A stretch of DNA of 62,662 nt, the filler included, from Platydemus manokwari (lineage: Eukaryota), in the NCBI GenBank assembly GCA_037951405.1. It is 5 parts of 5 records of this genome, joined end to end, with 100 filler letters (N's around TTAATTAATTAA, not from the genome) between each part and the next. Parts side by side here need not be neighbours in the genome. Positions count along the whole stretch, not along the records: positions 34,469 to 45,772 come from JBBMOY010777759.1; positions 45,873 to 62,662 come from JBBMOY011142548.1; 3 more parts are not named here. The stretch is one strand, 5' to 3'. Below the pieces are notes generated by a model that saw only the letters and a program-made list of their open reading frames with translations, was not told the origin of the DNA and ran no database searches. This document shows, in pieces, positions 39,809-54,000 of the stretch. Position numbers and translations under genes: made by a program. How positions within the stretch are numbered: position 1 is the first letter of the stretch; each line of letters starts with the position of its first letter.

Positions 39809-42800
39809 ATGTCTAACAAGAGAGCTGATGAAAGGTATGTGCATAAACTCAAAAAAAGGATTTGGGAAGCAAAGTCTAAAGCGCGTCCAGGTAATTTTTC
39901 TAAAGAATTATAAGAAATTCATTTTTCAAATTTGATCCGTCCAACATAACTTGTTAATTTAAAATGTTTCAGAAATATCAAAAACAGAAAGTGATTGGCA
40001 AGCTATGGATTATGCTACATCAAATTTATTATCACATCAAATCAATGACAATGTTATCAGAATCAGCAGAGATAAGGTTTCACCTGAAGAATTTCGTGAA
40101 AAATATGAAAATAATTATATTCCAGTTGTTATCACACATGACCAAAAAGATTGGCTAGCACACAAAAAATGGACCATAGAAGTATTGGTTTATAATATAA
40201 TGTTTACGAATTTATTGAATTATTGTAGAGATTAAAAAAGAAATATCGAAATCAAAAATTTCGTTGTGGGGAGGATGATGATGGTTATGGCGTAAAGATT
40301 AAAATGAAATACTTTGTTGATTACATGAACGATAACATTGATGATAGCCCATTATATATTTTTGATGGTAATTTTGGCGAGGTATTCATTATTATATGAT
40401 TTTATTCCAGCTTATTACTTATTATATTTAATGAAACTTAATTTATTTTGATTAATTTAACAATGATAATTTTATTGCTCAAATAACTGTAATATAAATA
40501 GTTTTATATTTCAAAGATAACAATTAATGTTATTCTAAATTTAACATTAATGTCTATAATGTATATAAATACAATTGTCAAGGTTATTCACATCAAATCG
40601 TGAATTTATTTTTCAATTATTGAGTTAATTGCAAATTAAATTTCATGCATTGGTTGTTTAGTTTTTAAAATTATGAATTATACTTGCTTAATTATTTTGA
40701 TAAAATTTTTCTACGAACAATAAATCTATGACGAATACAATTATGTCGATTGTGATAATTTATTATATATAAAATTATATTTATTTGTTTTACCTAAATT
40801 ATTAAAACTATTAAATTAATTTCAACAAATTCAAAATTTTAGTAAATTATTTGCCTGTTCAATCTAATTATAAATTTATTAAATTAATTTCTAAATAAAC
40901 ATTGACGAATTATACTAGCAAATCATAATCAATTGTTGAATGTGAGTCATACAGTTCTATTTTTAGTAATAAAATCAAATCTAAATAAATTGATACGCCA
41001 TTGGATGAAATCTTCTTGGGAGTGAAGCATTTGTTTCGGGAAAATTATCCTGCATAAATCATGGTTTATATTCTCGAAACCACGTGCAATTTAAAACTTA
41101 TATGCCTATTAAGTTTCTAATAAAAGTATCTTATTAATATTTAACACGTTTGCTTGAATATTTTTAGTATCAATTAATAATTAATTAATCAAATTGACTA
41201 CAATTTTAGATGTTATTTTAAAATTATCTTCTGCAATCCATTCAGAGAAAATGTTCAATGTCTTAATGTTTTAGAGAAAAATTCGTTTTTTAAATCTCAT
41301 TACAAATCGAATTTATAAATTGATTATCGAATAGTGTGCTTGATAACTTCAGTGTATATATCAACATTTATACTGCTTTGATTGTGGTTTCGAATTTATT
41401 TTCATCACCATATTAATATTTGTTTTTGTTAAAATTTTTCGAAATTCATTTTCTATAAAATTTGAAATGACAAAGTTATGATTTGAAAAATTTTCAATTA
41501 TAAAAGATAAAATCTAAAAGGGAAATTTAAATTTTGTTCTTGAATCCGTCTAGACATGCATTGAAATGGAGGGGAAAGTGGGTTGGTAAATCAAAGTAAA
41601 ATTAATGACAAAATTGTATCAAAGTGCTTTATTTCGATGTGTCAATGAAGTTATGTGGTCTGGTTTAATAAATAACAATTAATGATTTTTTTTGTTTTAA
41701 TTGTTTAATATGAATTACAAATATTAATAAATATCTTTACAATACAAACAATGGAATGATATGGTTTTGAGAAATAAATACCAATTTTGATCTTCTACTA
41801 GTTGTTTGTTGAAATCAAATACATTTCTAGAATCCAAAACGAGCTCGACTTCTTGAGGATTATGTTATCAGTGATTATTTCAAAGAAGACCTTTTCAGAT
41901 TATGCGGCGAGAGTCGCCGACCACCTTACAGGTATAATTTTACCATATTGATATCTTGATTTTGGAATATTATTTATTTGGAAATAGATGGTTTGTAATG
42001 GGTTCAGCACGTTCTGGCACAGGAATACACATTGATCCATTGGGAACAAGTGCTTGGAATGCTTTAGTTAAGGGCCATAAACGGTGGTGTCTATTTCCAC
42101 CGTCAACACCAAAAGAAATGCTCAAATTGAATTCCAATGAAGGATGGAAAAATCGTAGTGAAGCCATTGTTTGGTTTTCCGTCGTTTATCCCCGAGCCAA
42201 ATTGCCCAGCTGGCCAAAGGAATACAAAATGATTGAGATTCTTCAACAGCCAGGGGAAACGGTTTTCGTTCCAGGAGGCTGGTGGCACGTAGTTTTAAAT
42301 CTTGACAATACTGTAGCCGTCACACAAAATTTTTGCAGGTTGCTTCTAATTAGAAATTTCAAATTGGTCATTTATTGGACACGTAAAATTTTTATTAACA
42401 ATGATTATATGAAGCGATAATATTGAAATATCTTATTAATATCTTTTATTCCATCACTCCAGATATTCATTTCATTATTTTATGATCTTGTACATGGAGA
42501 TTTCACTTGATATATTGAGCAAACTTAATATATTATGATAATAAATATAATTAATAATCATCCCTTTATGGCGATATCTAATTTTTATCTATCATAAATC
42601 ATTGGGTTATATTTATCGATTTATAAATTTTCAATTATAGCCAGTTAATTTAAAACCAAAAGCATATTTTATCCAATCAAATGCTTTTATATTTCATTAT
42701 GTGTGGAACTACTTATCAGATGGTTTAAGAGAACTTGATCCCTTGTCATATATGAAACATATGATCAACCATTCATCATATATTTTGAACCGAAGGTCAA

Positions 42801-43435
42801 AATTAGTTCAACTATTTCACCTTCAGTGTTATTTATTGATCTCACTCTGATATTTATTTATTGATTTAATACATTTACATATTTTATTCATTTTCAATTG
42901 TTTTTATATTCAATATTGTTTATTTTACTTTTTTGTCGCATTATATCAATGTACAAATCATTTTCTGATAAAATCATTTGGAATTTTTTAAAATTAAACA
43001 ATATCGTATTTCAAAAATAATATTTACTATCAAATCTACTTACAAAATCATTAGTAGTATTAGAGTTTTTAAAAATTAATTTTATGCAAGTAGCACATTA
43101 TTTTTTGAATAGATTTGAAATTTAAACATTTTAGCACATCAAATTTCCCTGTTGTTTGGTATAAAACGGTTCGTGGTCGAAGGAAATTGTCAAAAAAATG
43201 GTTTGAAAGACTAAAGGAATGTCGTCCTGATTTGGTGAAAGTCGCAGAAAGAGTTGATACAAGTAAAAGGCTTGATGGTGTACAATCGTCATCATCGTCA
43301 TCTTCATCATCTAGTAGTTCTTCCGAATCAAGTAGTTCGGAAGAAACTGCTGATTCTGGTTTAGTTAGAACAAAAAAGTGTGAACATATTATATTTAATC
43401 GATTTATTTTGATATTTTTTCCAGAAGAACAATGA
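39809..43435 (+). CDS. JMJD6: JMJD6 (JmjC arginine demethylase/lysyl hydroxylase, PSR). Exons 39809-39890, 39973-40181, 40229-40381, 41831-41931, 41988-42338, 43135-43358, 43425-43435 (last junction ambiguous)
   Basis: [97 protein letters not shown], poly-Ser tail; HxD...H iron triad intact; exon phases consistent. Confidence 0.97.
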
Positions 43436-44572
43436 GAACATCAGAAGGAGAGCAAGCTACTAAACGAGACAGACATTGATATTATTCACTGGATAATAAT
43501 TTATATGAAAATATTGTTGTATTAATAAATATATTATTCATTTTTCTCTGTCTCAGTTTTTTATGGGTTGTTTTAGTGTGTCTAAATATTATTGATTTTT
43601 TTTATTGTTTTTGGTTTGGATTTTTATCATGTAATTACAAAATTATCAGATAATTATGCTAACTCTTCACTACCTGAACACTGATGTTTATTGACGAAAT
43701 GACAAATTTTCGTTTCTATGATTTACACAGAAATTTTGTTTATATTTCCAACGTGGTACGGTCTTGAATCTCTTTAAACAAAGCACTTTTCAGATAAATC
43801 AGTTGATTGAAAATGAAATAATTGAATAAACTCTGTAATTTATCTTATTTGTGGAAAAAATATTAATTCAGTGGAATAATAATTGCAACTTTATTATCTT
43901 TTAGATAAAATTAGTGAACAAATTGGTGAATAATTAGGTTCGTTCAGATTTTTCATAAAATTATGAAGTTATTTGAAGCGTAACCACTACAGACTTCCGT
44001 GCTTGTATATTTAACGACAACTTATTTGATATAAAGGCACTGTCGATGATCTGCGTAGACTGATTTGATTTCAATAATTTGAAAATGATATCTTTCGTTA
44101 ATATTAAAAATCAATATTTAACACATGAAACAGTAAAATCTTTAATGTACTTTTTTAATCGTGAAATTTGATAATATTATCTATAAAAAATATTCCAAGT
44201 AAATGATAAAACCAACTTTTTATACCGTTTTCAAAATTTATTGGTTAAAATAATAAATATTCATTCCTTAGGGTGATTTTTTGACACTCCGAATGTCTAT
44301 AAAAGATACGTTGAAAGTTTCTGGAATGTATTTTGCAAAAAATTTTCGCACTAGAATGCATAAAGTTGTAAATGAAATTAATTATATTATTTAGTGATTT
44401 AAATTTTTCAGTAACATAATTATTTCTATTCAGTTTTAATTTCAAATTAATATTAAATATGATTAATAGATGAATAATTTGACAATGCCAGGGTGTTAAA
44501 GAGTAGAAGATCATAGTATTACAATAAAATTGAAAGGATTCCAAAACAGAAAGTACAAGAATCACATCACCA

Positions 44573-44595
44573 ATATATATATATATATATATATA
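44573..44595. repeat. (TA)n microsatellite
   Basis: Directly visible. Confidence 0.9.
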
Positions 44596-45772
44596 CACTA
44601 AGTTAGCAAATAGAGTGTAACAGAGAATCTAAATAAAATACATTATACAAAATATGTTGACTGGCAAATTCACGAGAGGCGTTTCTGGAAAAGTTCCTTT
44701 GTTAACCGACTATTAAAATAATAATAATAATTAATTAAAAACTGAACACAGCCAACGAGACATCTGTTGAATCTAAAAGAATTTAAGGTTGCAATTTATA
44801 TTTCACTCAATAGTATAAATCTATACCCACATAAACAACTCCAAAATCCATCAAAATACTCCATAAGTCAAATACAAAAATATCACATTACTGGGTTTCC
44901 AACTGGCATTTGCAATATTTATATCAGCATCTATACTTGAGATGTTGGTATAATTTGTGTATCAGGGTTTGATCTGATGTTTTGTTTTTCAAGTTTCAAT
45001 GGGATTCATTGATTTGGTTTGATCAATCCCGGTGTGTACTACTGCTTAGTTTTTGGTCCGTTTTTCTAATTAAAATCTTTCATTTAAGCTCTCTCTGATT
45101 AGTTGGTTGCTATACCTATGTGGTTATCTAGGCTTGCAAATGCTTAAAGTTCTAAAAATAATAGTTCCAAAGTGCAAAAATGTTTTTCTTTTGTGCGATT
45201 TTATCTTAACTCAACACTCTTATGTTGACTAATAATCAATTGTGGAATTTTAAGCCAGTAATAATTAGTGGAGTTATAAATTGTAATGAGATTTTCTATA
45301 AATTATAAATTATTTCATCAATCCAGTCAACCAAATTTAACAACATTTGTTAAAGTGATTGCAAGAGTTATGAAGCTTTCCTGACTGAATTCTTGTCATT
45401 TCTAACATCAATAGAGTGATGTATTTAAATCAGATGTACGAGACATGTTCAAATAATGCCATTCTAATCAGAATTTGAATTTTATAGATACAAATATAAT
45501 TTAATTTAAATAACTTTAACATTATTAAACAATTCTATCTTACCACTGTATTAAAAATATTAATTAATTTTTTAGTATTCCTCATAATATGTCCAATAAT
45601 TAGACATGGTCTTAAAAAGTCGAATTTTGTTTTTTAATTACTGAAAGACTGGATTATAAACAACATAACAAATTACACTAAAATTGATAAAAATTGGCAC
45701 AAGTTGCTTTAAGAAAATTAATTATATTCAAAAGAATGCGAAAATATTTTAAAAATCAATTTAAAAAACTAA

Positions 45773-45872
45773 NNNNNNNNNNNNNNNNNNNNNNNNNNNN
45801 NNNNNNNNNNNNNNNNTTAATTAATTAANNNNNNNNNNNNNNNNNNNNNNNNNNNNNNNNNNNNNNNNNNNN
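45773..45872. other. Artificial contig spacer N44-TTAATTAATTAA-N44
   Basis: Identical to the other three spacers. Confidence 0.97.
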
Positions 45873-46109
45873 ATTTACACATTACGAACGCAACCTCCCA
45901 ATAACTAACCCGACTAGTTTTTGGAGTCAACTAGTCAACGAAGTATCACTACACAGCAACCACTCATCACACCAACATCGAAGATCGTACAATATTATAG
46001 TGGAGAGGGCGCTAGTAAATGGATTAGTATATCACTGGATGGGTATAGGCGGGATAAGGTAATGTTTTCAAAGTTGATTAGGATACTATCAAGTACATTC
46101 AATATGCGG

Positions 46110-46500
46110 GTTTGTATAGGAAGGCCAAAAGGTTCTCATAATGATTTGAATATGTTTTGATCGTATATTATCGATAAAGTTTCATTTTCCAAGGTGATTC
46201 TTATTCTATTGTATGTTTTATGGGTAAAATAGTCACAATTTCGTATGTTAAGTTTGAGGAAAGTAGTGGAAACCAAGTGATAGATGTCGTTGAGTCTATG
46301 TTCAAGATATTCATTAGACAATTAAAACGTCGGCGTAGGCAATGGTCAAAAAGGATTTAGATTGAACGAATGCGGATGTACAGAGTAAATAGGAGGTAGC
46401 ATGCGTATTTATGAGGGACACTGGGAAAGGCGTTTGGAATGCCAAGTCATGCAACAGAAATGGACAAATGTCGAGTATATTTTGAATGTTCAAAAGCAGC
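46110..46500 (-). mobile_element. Decayed non-LTR (LINE) reverse transcriptase fragment
   Basis: LTIAYADVLIV (YADD with D>V), followed after a frameshift by LKLNIRNC (GLxLNxxKC-like) and FKSL*EPF (FKYLG-like). Confidence 0.65.
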
Positions 46501-47433
46501 ATTTAGAATTAAAAAGCCGGAACCATACTAATACACCTAATACATTGATATTTATATTTGTCATTAAATAAACATTCTTTAAATAAATCTTTAAATAATG
46601 GTTTTTAATTCTTCATATTTAATGATACTTCTATGGTTTACAGTAAAACAACAAGAATTTGATCTGATAGCAATCGACGCCATTTTGGAATCATCAATCG
46701 TAATAAAAATAATATTTTGTAGTTCAAATCTAACTAAATTTTTTTATAAAAGAGGTGTATAAAATAATCTAATTATGTAAAGAAAAAATGCTTGAATCAC
46801 GGGAACATAGTTTATGATAATTATTATGATAATATTTTATACATATTTTAAAATTATGACACATTTATATCTAATGTCATCTTTGCTTATTTTAGACTCC
46901 ATAAGTTAAAAAGAAAAGTAAAATTAGTAATATTAGATATAAAAAAATAATTGTGTGTATTCGTCATATAAGTGATTCTAACTTTCAGATGTGTGTTTAA
47001 TTTTAATGTTTGTTACCAATGTGGTTGTAATGATTATTGCAGAAACAAGATTCACAACTTTTGCACGATTATTGAACAGAGATCAAACGAGATTTATAGT
47101 GTCAATTTGTCATATATTGGTAATAAATTTATGAAAATCTATTTTTACAATTATTAATTTTCATACTACTAATATTTGGTCATTAAAATAAATTAATGGA
47201 CGTTACAATTGATCACAGTTTTAATTAGCCTTTAATAAGGAATTAATTTCAAGCAATTTCTTTAGTCTGTGCGTGTGTACAAAAATTTTCTCTTATCGAA
47301 TTGAATTTGCAAATATACATTGCAGCTGCCTATAATAATTCTAAGTTTTTAAGTTTTTCTCACTATTTTAGGTTTTGGAATTATCAATAAATTTGGACAA
47401 GTACTTTAAATTAGTATACAATAAATTAAAATA

Positions 47434-48451
47434 TTGGCTGAAGTTAAGAAAATGGGTATTTTGACCCAATTTTAAAGTAATGATTTTTCGTGAGTTATTT
47501 GATATATGAATTTATTTGTAATCATATTTTACTGAAATTTTAACATAAAATTCAATTTTAGATTTAAAACCAAAAATTAATTCTAACAATAAAAAACCAT
47601 GTATTAGATGACACTTTCAAAACATTCATCGACAATTTCTCCGACGATATTTAGACCTTCAATTATATTTCTATGCCAAGATATTTCTTCAGTGGTAAGG
47701 AATCTACAAATTTTGTTGTATCTCAATAAATAATTTTTAATGGTTGGTTTTATTTTAATAAAAATTGTCAACATTTGTTGATGGTTAGTTTACTAGTGGA
47801 TTTGTAAATATAATATATTTTTAAATATAATTTTTATATAAAATTATATAATTTTTATATAAAATTATATAAAATACTTTATTCAAAATGTCGAAAAGGG
47901 ATAAAATTGAATTGTGGAACCATGTCCATATTTGAATCCCGAAATTTATATATTTCTGGCATCTTCACCTGTACGATTTATTTGATTTGGATCAAATCTT
48001 GATTTCATTACAACATCGACAAATTTGGGATTTATGTATCCAACCTATTAAATAGATTAATGAATATACTTATTTTGAGAGAAAACACAAGTACCTTTTA
48101 CCTGGCACTTCTCAACAATTTAGAAGTCACTTTTTTATAAAATAACTCTAAAAATCTTAGATATCATTTTGATTACTTCTAATATTAAAAGAAGAGGTCA
48201 TCACAAATTTTCAATTAAATGGATTTTGACCTACTTTGACCCGTTTTTCAAATAATTAATTTTTTGGAGATTTTAAAAATCCTGTACATGTATTATTTGA
48301 TTCTCTATAACTAAAATTTTACTCAAGTACTTAAATAAAAAATTCAAAATGTTATTTAAGAATTTAATTAAAGAATCTATATAGATTTTTGCATTACGCT
48401 CCACAATTTAAAAAATTTATTTTAGGAGACTTATTTTTTAACCTTAGTCCT
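47434..48451 (-). mobile_element. Inverted MITE-family ends (47434-~47570 and ~48090-48451) enclosing ~500 bp of unrelated sequence
   Basis: TTGGCTGAAGTTAAGAAAATGGG...TTTGACC at 47434 is the reverse complement of the right end; 48090-48451 is the reverse complement of ~52014-52360. Confidence 0.65.
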
Positions 48452-49211
48452 TATTCGTGAGTAATAAGCACACATTATTTCTTGATTTTTTTCTGTTACA
48501 CAATCATCAAATATTATGAATATGTATTTTTTCGTTTTTAATAATAAATATTTATTCGCTTTTAAATTTGATAATAGATTTGAATTCAAGGTTAAAATTT
48601 CTATTATAGTATAACAAAATATTAACTAAAACATATTTTAAATGTTTTGAAAAAATGTGGAACTCATTGGAATCGAATCTCAAACATTTTTCACTACATC
48701 ATAAAAAGTTGTGAAATAATATTTTATAAAAATATACTTTATAATATTATACGAATTTATTTTCATTTTTAAATAATTTTATTGATGTAACAACCTTTCA
48801 TAGCCATTTTTAAACCGAAAAATTGATACTATTTTTTACAATATTTTTTTACCATATTTTGTCATATTTTTTTAATATTTTTTTCTAGTGTTTGAGTAAG
48901 ACCTGAGAAATTATGTTTTGTAGGTATGTGAACAATCACTGCTCTATAGTACTACTCATAGGGGTGCCTTGCCAATTAGTTGGGCACATCGGAAATCGAA
49001 TATCGCAGGGTCTATTCGTAACAATAAATATTTGAGTATCTTGAGAGATTATAAATTTGATTTAATTTATTGAATATAACTATTTTTTAGTTGAATTTAT
49101 GTTATTAATTATTCATTATAATATTTATTTTTCAGAAATTTTTTCCGCCCACTTATATTCTAAATATTATCATAATTTTTTCCTTCCTACGTATCTGAAA
49201 GGAGCAGATTC

Positions 49212-49517
49212 TGCTGGGAATTAAATAGCAACCTTCATCATATCCGTTATTATATTTTTGGGTCACAAGAATCAAATAAATAATCCTAAAAAGGGTCGAT
49301 ACACACAGACCCGGTGAGCAAGTGTTCAGTCAGACAATCAGATTCGTTTTAATAGTAATCCATACTTAGAAGCTAAGAATCGACAGGCTCTGATCCGGTT
49401 TTGTGTGATTTACCACTGTGAGTTGTGAAAAGATTTACTTGTATTTATTGAGATTTTGATTGTGATATTTTGAGTAATACAGTACTTAGATTTAAATTGT
49501 TAATTAATATCCCAACA
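49212..49517 (+). repeat. Solo-LTR-like repeat (family B)
   Basis: TGCTGGGA...TCCCAACA termini; internal similarity to the reverse complement of 12795-12900. Confidence 0.6.
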
Positions 49518-51003
49518 ATATTATCAGTTTCGAGTTGAAGGTTTATCATTATGATTTAACAACAAAATCTCTGTTTTTTGTATTTATCTTATTAAACCCC
49601 AACAATGTATTTTCTGGATCTGAACTTCGAGTCTTTAACAGAACAGAGAAAAAGTAAAACATTATATTGTCTTTTAAATTCACATAGTCACACGAGGTAA
49701 TGAAATCAGGTCATCCTAACAACTGTCAACATCAAATAGAAGCTGTAGGAAGAGACATTGTCTACCAGAAACTGGATGCTCAATCTCAATCGATCAATCA
49801 TGATTATTTAAAAATATAAATATATACTATTATTTGGTGGTTTGACTTAAGACAAAAAATGTAATAAGAGAATATCATAAAAAGAAATATTAACAAAATA
49901 TTTATACAAATTGGCGCCATATGCATCAATATTAATGGGATTTCAAAAATAGGAATGGTTAGGATATTTTTAAGATATTCTAAATAGGTTGAAGAGATCC
50001 TCTTACTAATGATCTTTGATAGCTTTGAAATACTTTGGTTTCTTAAGAAATTACGTTTTTCAAGCTGCTACTATGTAATGAAGCACATACTGGAAATGAA
50101 CTACAATATCAAGACGCAAAATTATATTTAACTACAATTATTTAAACAAATTAATATTTTTTTGTACCAAGTTATATTATAAAATCTTTTAAATTCATTT
50201 TAAAAAAATCATCATTTTAAAATTCTCATATCGGTTTTATTAGAGAGACTGATAGAGTTTGGAGATTGCGAAGGAAAACAAGTATCATAAAAAACTGGGA
50301 AGGGTGATAGTCGAGTTTGAATAAGGTTAGAGATTTATCAGATGTAAAGAACAAATAATTACCTTAAAGAAGTATTCAACATTCGACAAACAAATAGTAA
50401 AAGTCTCAAGATTCACAAAGAATAAAGGATTGAAAATTCCATATGGAAAACTAAATGGGAACAATAATTTAGATTTTCTTATATCACTAGTCGGTCTTTC
50501 ACTGATAAGTCTTTTGACTGATCACTTCCTAATTCTAGAAAATAACGTTGTTTATACATTTTACAATTGAATTCAACCGTTTAAATCAAATTGAAAACCG
50601 TGATATTCGAAATCCTACCTCGATCAACTGCGCCTAGAATGTTAATAGTTTATCTCATGGTTTTGCACGAATTTTTCAGAGATAGGTTTTGTATAATCTA
50701 GATACAAGAGGCTTATCATAGATTATTATAAATTTTCAGTTAATAGGTTATCTTTATTTTTAGTATTAGTTTTGATTAAATAAATTGTTAACATCAATCT
50801 TACTTCAAAGTTAATGTTAACCACGGTAAATAATGAAAATTAAAAAAATTAGAATTTTGATTAAAACTTATAACAATAATATATTTAAAATTCATTTATT
50901 GTCCAAAAATAACGTTATAGATTATTTCTATGTATTATTTGTTATACGATATCAATTTAATTTAACTATTGACGATCAAAAATAAAATATTTTTAAAATT
51001 CTA

Positions 51004-54000
51004 ATGAACCTTTCACTTTCTTCATTTGAATCTCAAGCAGGTGAATTGTATAAAATTACTTTTCCTGAAGGCAATAGTATTGAAGATTCGTTTAGACTTT
51101 TTAGAAATGATATTGGATCACAGGTATTTTAAAATTTATCATAAACATTATTAAATAATTAATTCTATAATTTATGCTCAAATTTTAATAGACTGAAGAG
51201 AGTGAAATTGTACAAATAATTGAATTAAAGGAGGCCTTATCGAGATTAAGCATTGAAAATGACATTCTCAATAGAAATATGAATTTAATAAGATCAACGT
51301 TACAGTCTGAATTTCATGTACGGCTGAGGAATGCATCAGACCAATTATATAGTCGAATGAATCAAAGATTAGATGAAGTGGAACGTTCACAAAGAGATCG
51401 AGTTGACGTTGTTCGACGTGCTTTTCGAACTCAATTATCCGATGCCCTAGCACACATGGCATCATTATATAACGAAAAACTACGACATAAGTTAAAAGCC
51501 AACCATACATTTGTGGTACAAAATTCTTAGTTACGTTGATTTTGTTGTTTTTTGTTCACAGGAATCTGAAGAATCGCTCAAATACAACAAGAAAATTACT
51601 GAATTAACATTGAAATTAAAAAAATCTGAAGCAAGAATTAAGGAACTGACAAAAGAAATTTCAGAAATTCCAGATGATGATAGCGAACATTTATTCATTA
51701 TGGAGACTGAAAGTGAATTTAGTGAAAATTTGGAAATAAAATCGGAAGAAATAACGGAAATGATTGAGCAATCAAATCAAAACTATAAAATACAAGAACT
51801 CAATGAAAGGATTAAGGTGAATATAAACAATTATTATATTATTATGTCGATTATAATTTAATAAATTATCCAAATAATTGATATAAAATAATAAAAAGTA
51901 AAAAAAAGTAGAGATTTGTTTAAGTATTTAAAAATTATTTTTTTTATTTTACCAAGAAATTTGGGATGAGCTGATGTAAAAATCAATGATTTTTAGGAAT
52001 GAAATACTAATTATGGCTCCAGTTAAGAAAAGGCGATCTAAAATATAATTTTAAATTTGTTGAGTGTATTGCAAAAATCTATATAGTTTATTTAATTATA
52101 ATCTTTAAAAACATCTCGAATTTTTTATTTAAGGACTTAAAATGAATTTTAGTCGTTTGAAATCAAATATTAAATACATCGGAGCTTTGAAATCCCCTAA
52201 AATTGAATGATTTGAAAGACGGGTAAAAATAGGTCAAATTGTAATTTATTGAAAATTAGGAGGGCCCCTCTTTTTGACATTAGAAGCAAATTGCGAAATA
52301 CTCAAATTTTTACAATTATTTTATAAAAATAAGCAATAATGTTACTAAACATGCCAGTAATTAAGAAATCTGATTTAAAAAAATCAAATTTAAAAAATCA
52401 AATAATCATATAGAAGTGTTGCGATTAGAATGGGAACTTGGTTTTAAAACTGTTTTGTCCATATTAACTGAATTATACGAATAAATCAAACATCGTATTC
52501 GTATTTTAAATTAAGTTATGAAATTATCTCATGGGCGAAAATTCAGTATTACGACCTCTTTTCTTAGTAGAAGATTGATTAATTTATTCGAATTTCAAAA
52601 GTGTCTCAAATCACCTTAATTATAAATAAAATACCATTTCTGTTTCTCATTTATTTGACGAATTGTATTATTTGAAAAATTTTATACAACTTCTTTGATT
52701 TCTCATTGGACGAAATCGTTAACAGAATTTTATCCACAGTTGTGTGGCTTTTAACTATATACAGTTCTTCTATTGGCTTGCCAACGATAACAAACTTTCT
52801 AACGTATTGTGATAATTAATAATGGCTTATAAATTCTAGTATGTTTTTTGAAACATTTGGCTCACAGAATCGACCGAAATGTTTTAACTTCTTGTTTTTA
52901 TTTAACCTTTGATCACGTTGTGTTCTCAAATTTGGTCGTTGTTGGACTTTTTGTATTTAATTTGTTTCCAAATGAATATATCGAATGAGCTTTTGAAAAT
53001 GAACTAAAATTGTCCGAATTTTTCAGGTTCTTTGTTTTAGAACATTTTCAATTTATTTAAATTTGTAAGACAAACTCATTTTACTAAGACTTTTATCACA
53101 TAATCCATCCTTTTTAACCAGCGAAAAATGTACTCCAAAATGAATTATTTTTCTTGATTCTTTTGTCTTCGATTGAACTGATAAATTTTGTTTTTAATTT
53201 TTACTGCACTTTTTATGTTTTTAATGGTTAATAAACGTCGCGCGCACTTTTAATCTTGATTGATTCTTTGGTGTAATTCGATATGAAATCGTATCCAAAT
53301 AGATTCGTAAACCAAGGATGAAAGTCAATATTTTATGATATACTTATTATCTTTCATTCACATATTATTCTACCACATGATAATTCAACAATTCAATGTT
53401 ATAATGTGTAAAATATCATACAATTAGCTTTCTTATTTTCAATAGGATCTGATGAACTTAGTCGATTCTCATCAAGCAACTATCGAGGCTTTACAATCAG
53501 ATAAAAATAAATTGACAAAGGAATTATTTTCAATGAATGAAAATGTAGATATGTGGAAAGTGGAGAAACAAATTTTGAAAGAAAAAATTGAAAATCTTCA
53601 GGATCAAAATAAAAATCATCAAACCGAAATTGAAGTGTTACGTAAAGCAAAGCAAACGAAACCATTGTCTTCAAAATCGGTAATTTTCAGAATATATATA
53701 TGCATATAGGGTAAAACGTGTTTTGTAAGAATTTGGTGATTTTCCTATAGATATTATCCATCGCATTAGATTGTTTTAATAACATGTACACTTTCAGCTT
53801 ATATTTCAATTATTCAAAAAGCTGATAAAGAATAAATGAATTTAAATTAAGTCAGTCAATAAGAAAGATGGTGTTCATTATTTCCTAGATAATTGTGTCT
53901 TAATTCGGACACTGAATTCACAGATGTACTTGGAAAACGTATTAATGCATTTAAAATTATGTTGCATTTTCTCAAAAACAAAATATCGTTGTACGATAAG

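Noticed and set aside
47813-47876. AT-only tandem/palindromic repeat
   Set aside because: Two ~20-bp low-complexity units; expected in such AT-rich DNA; not CRISPR-like
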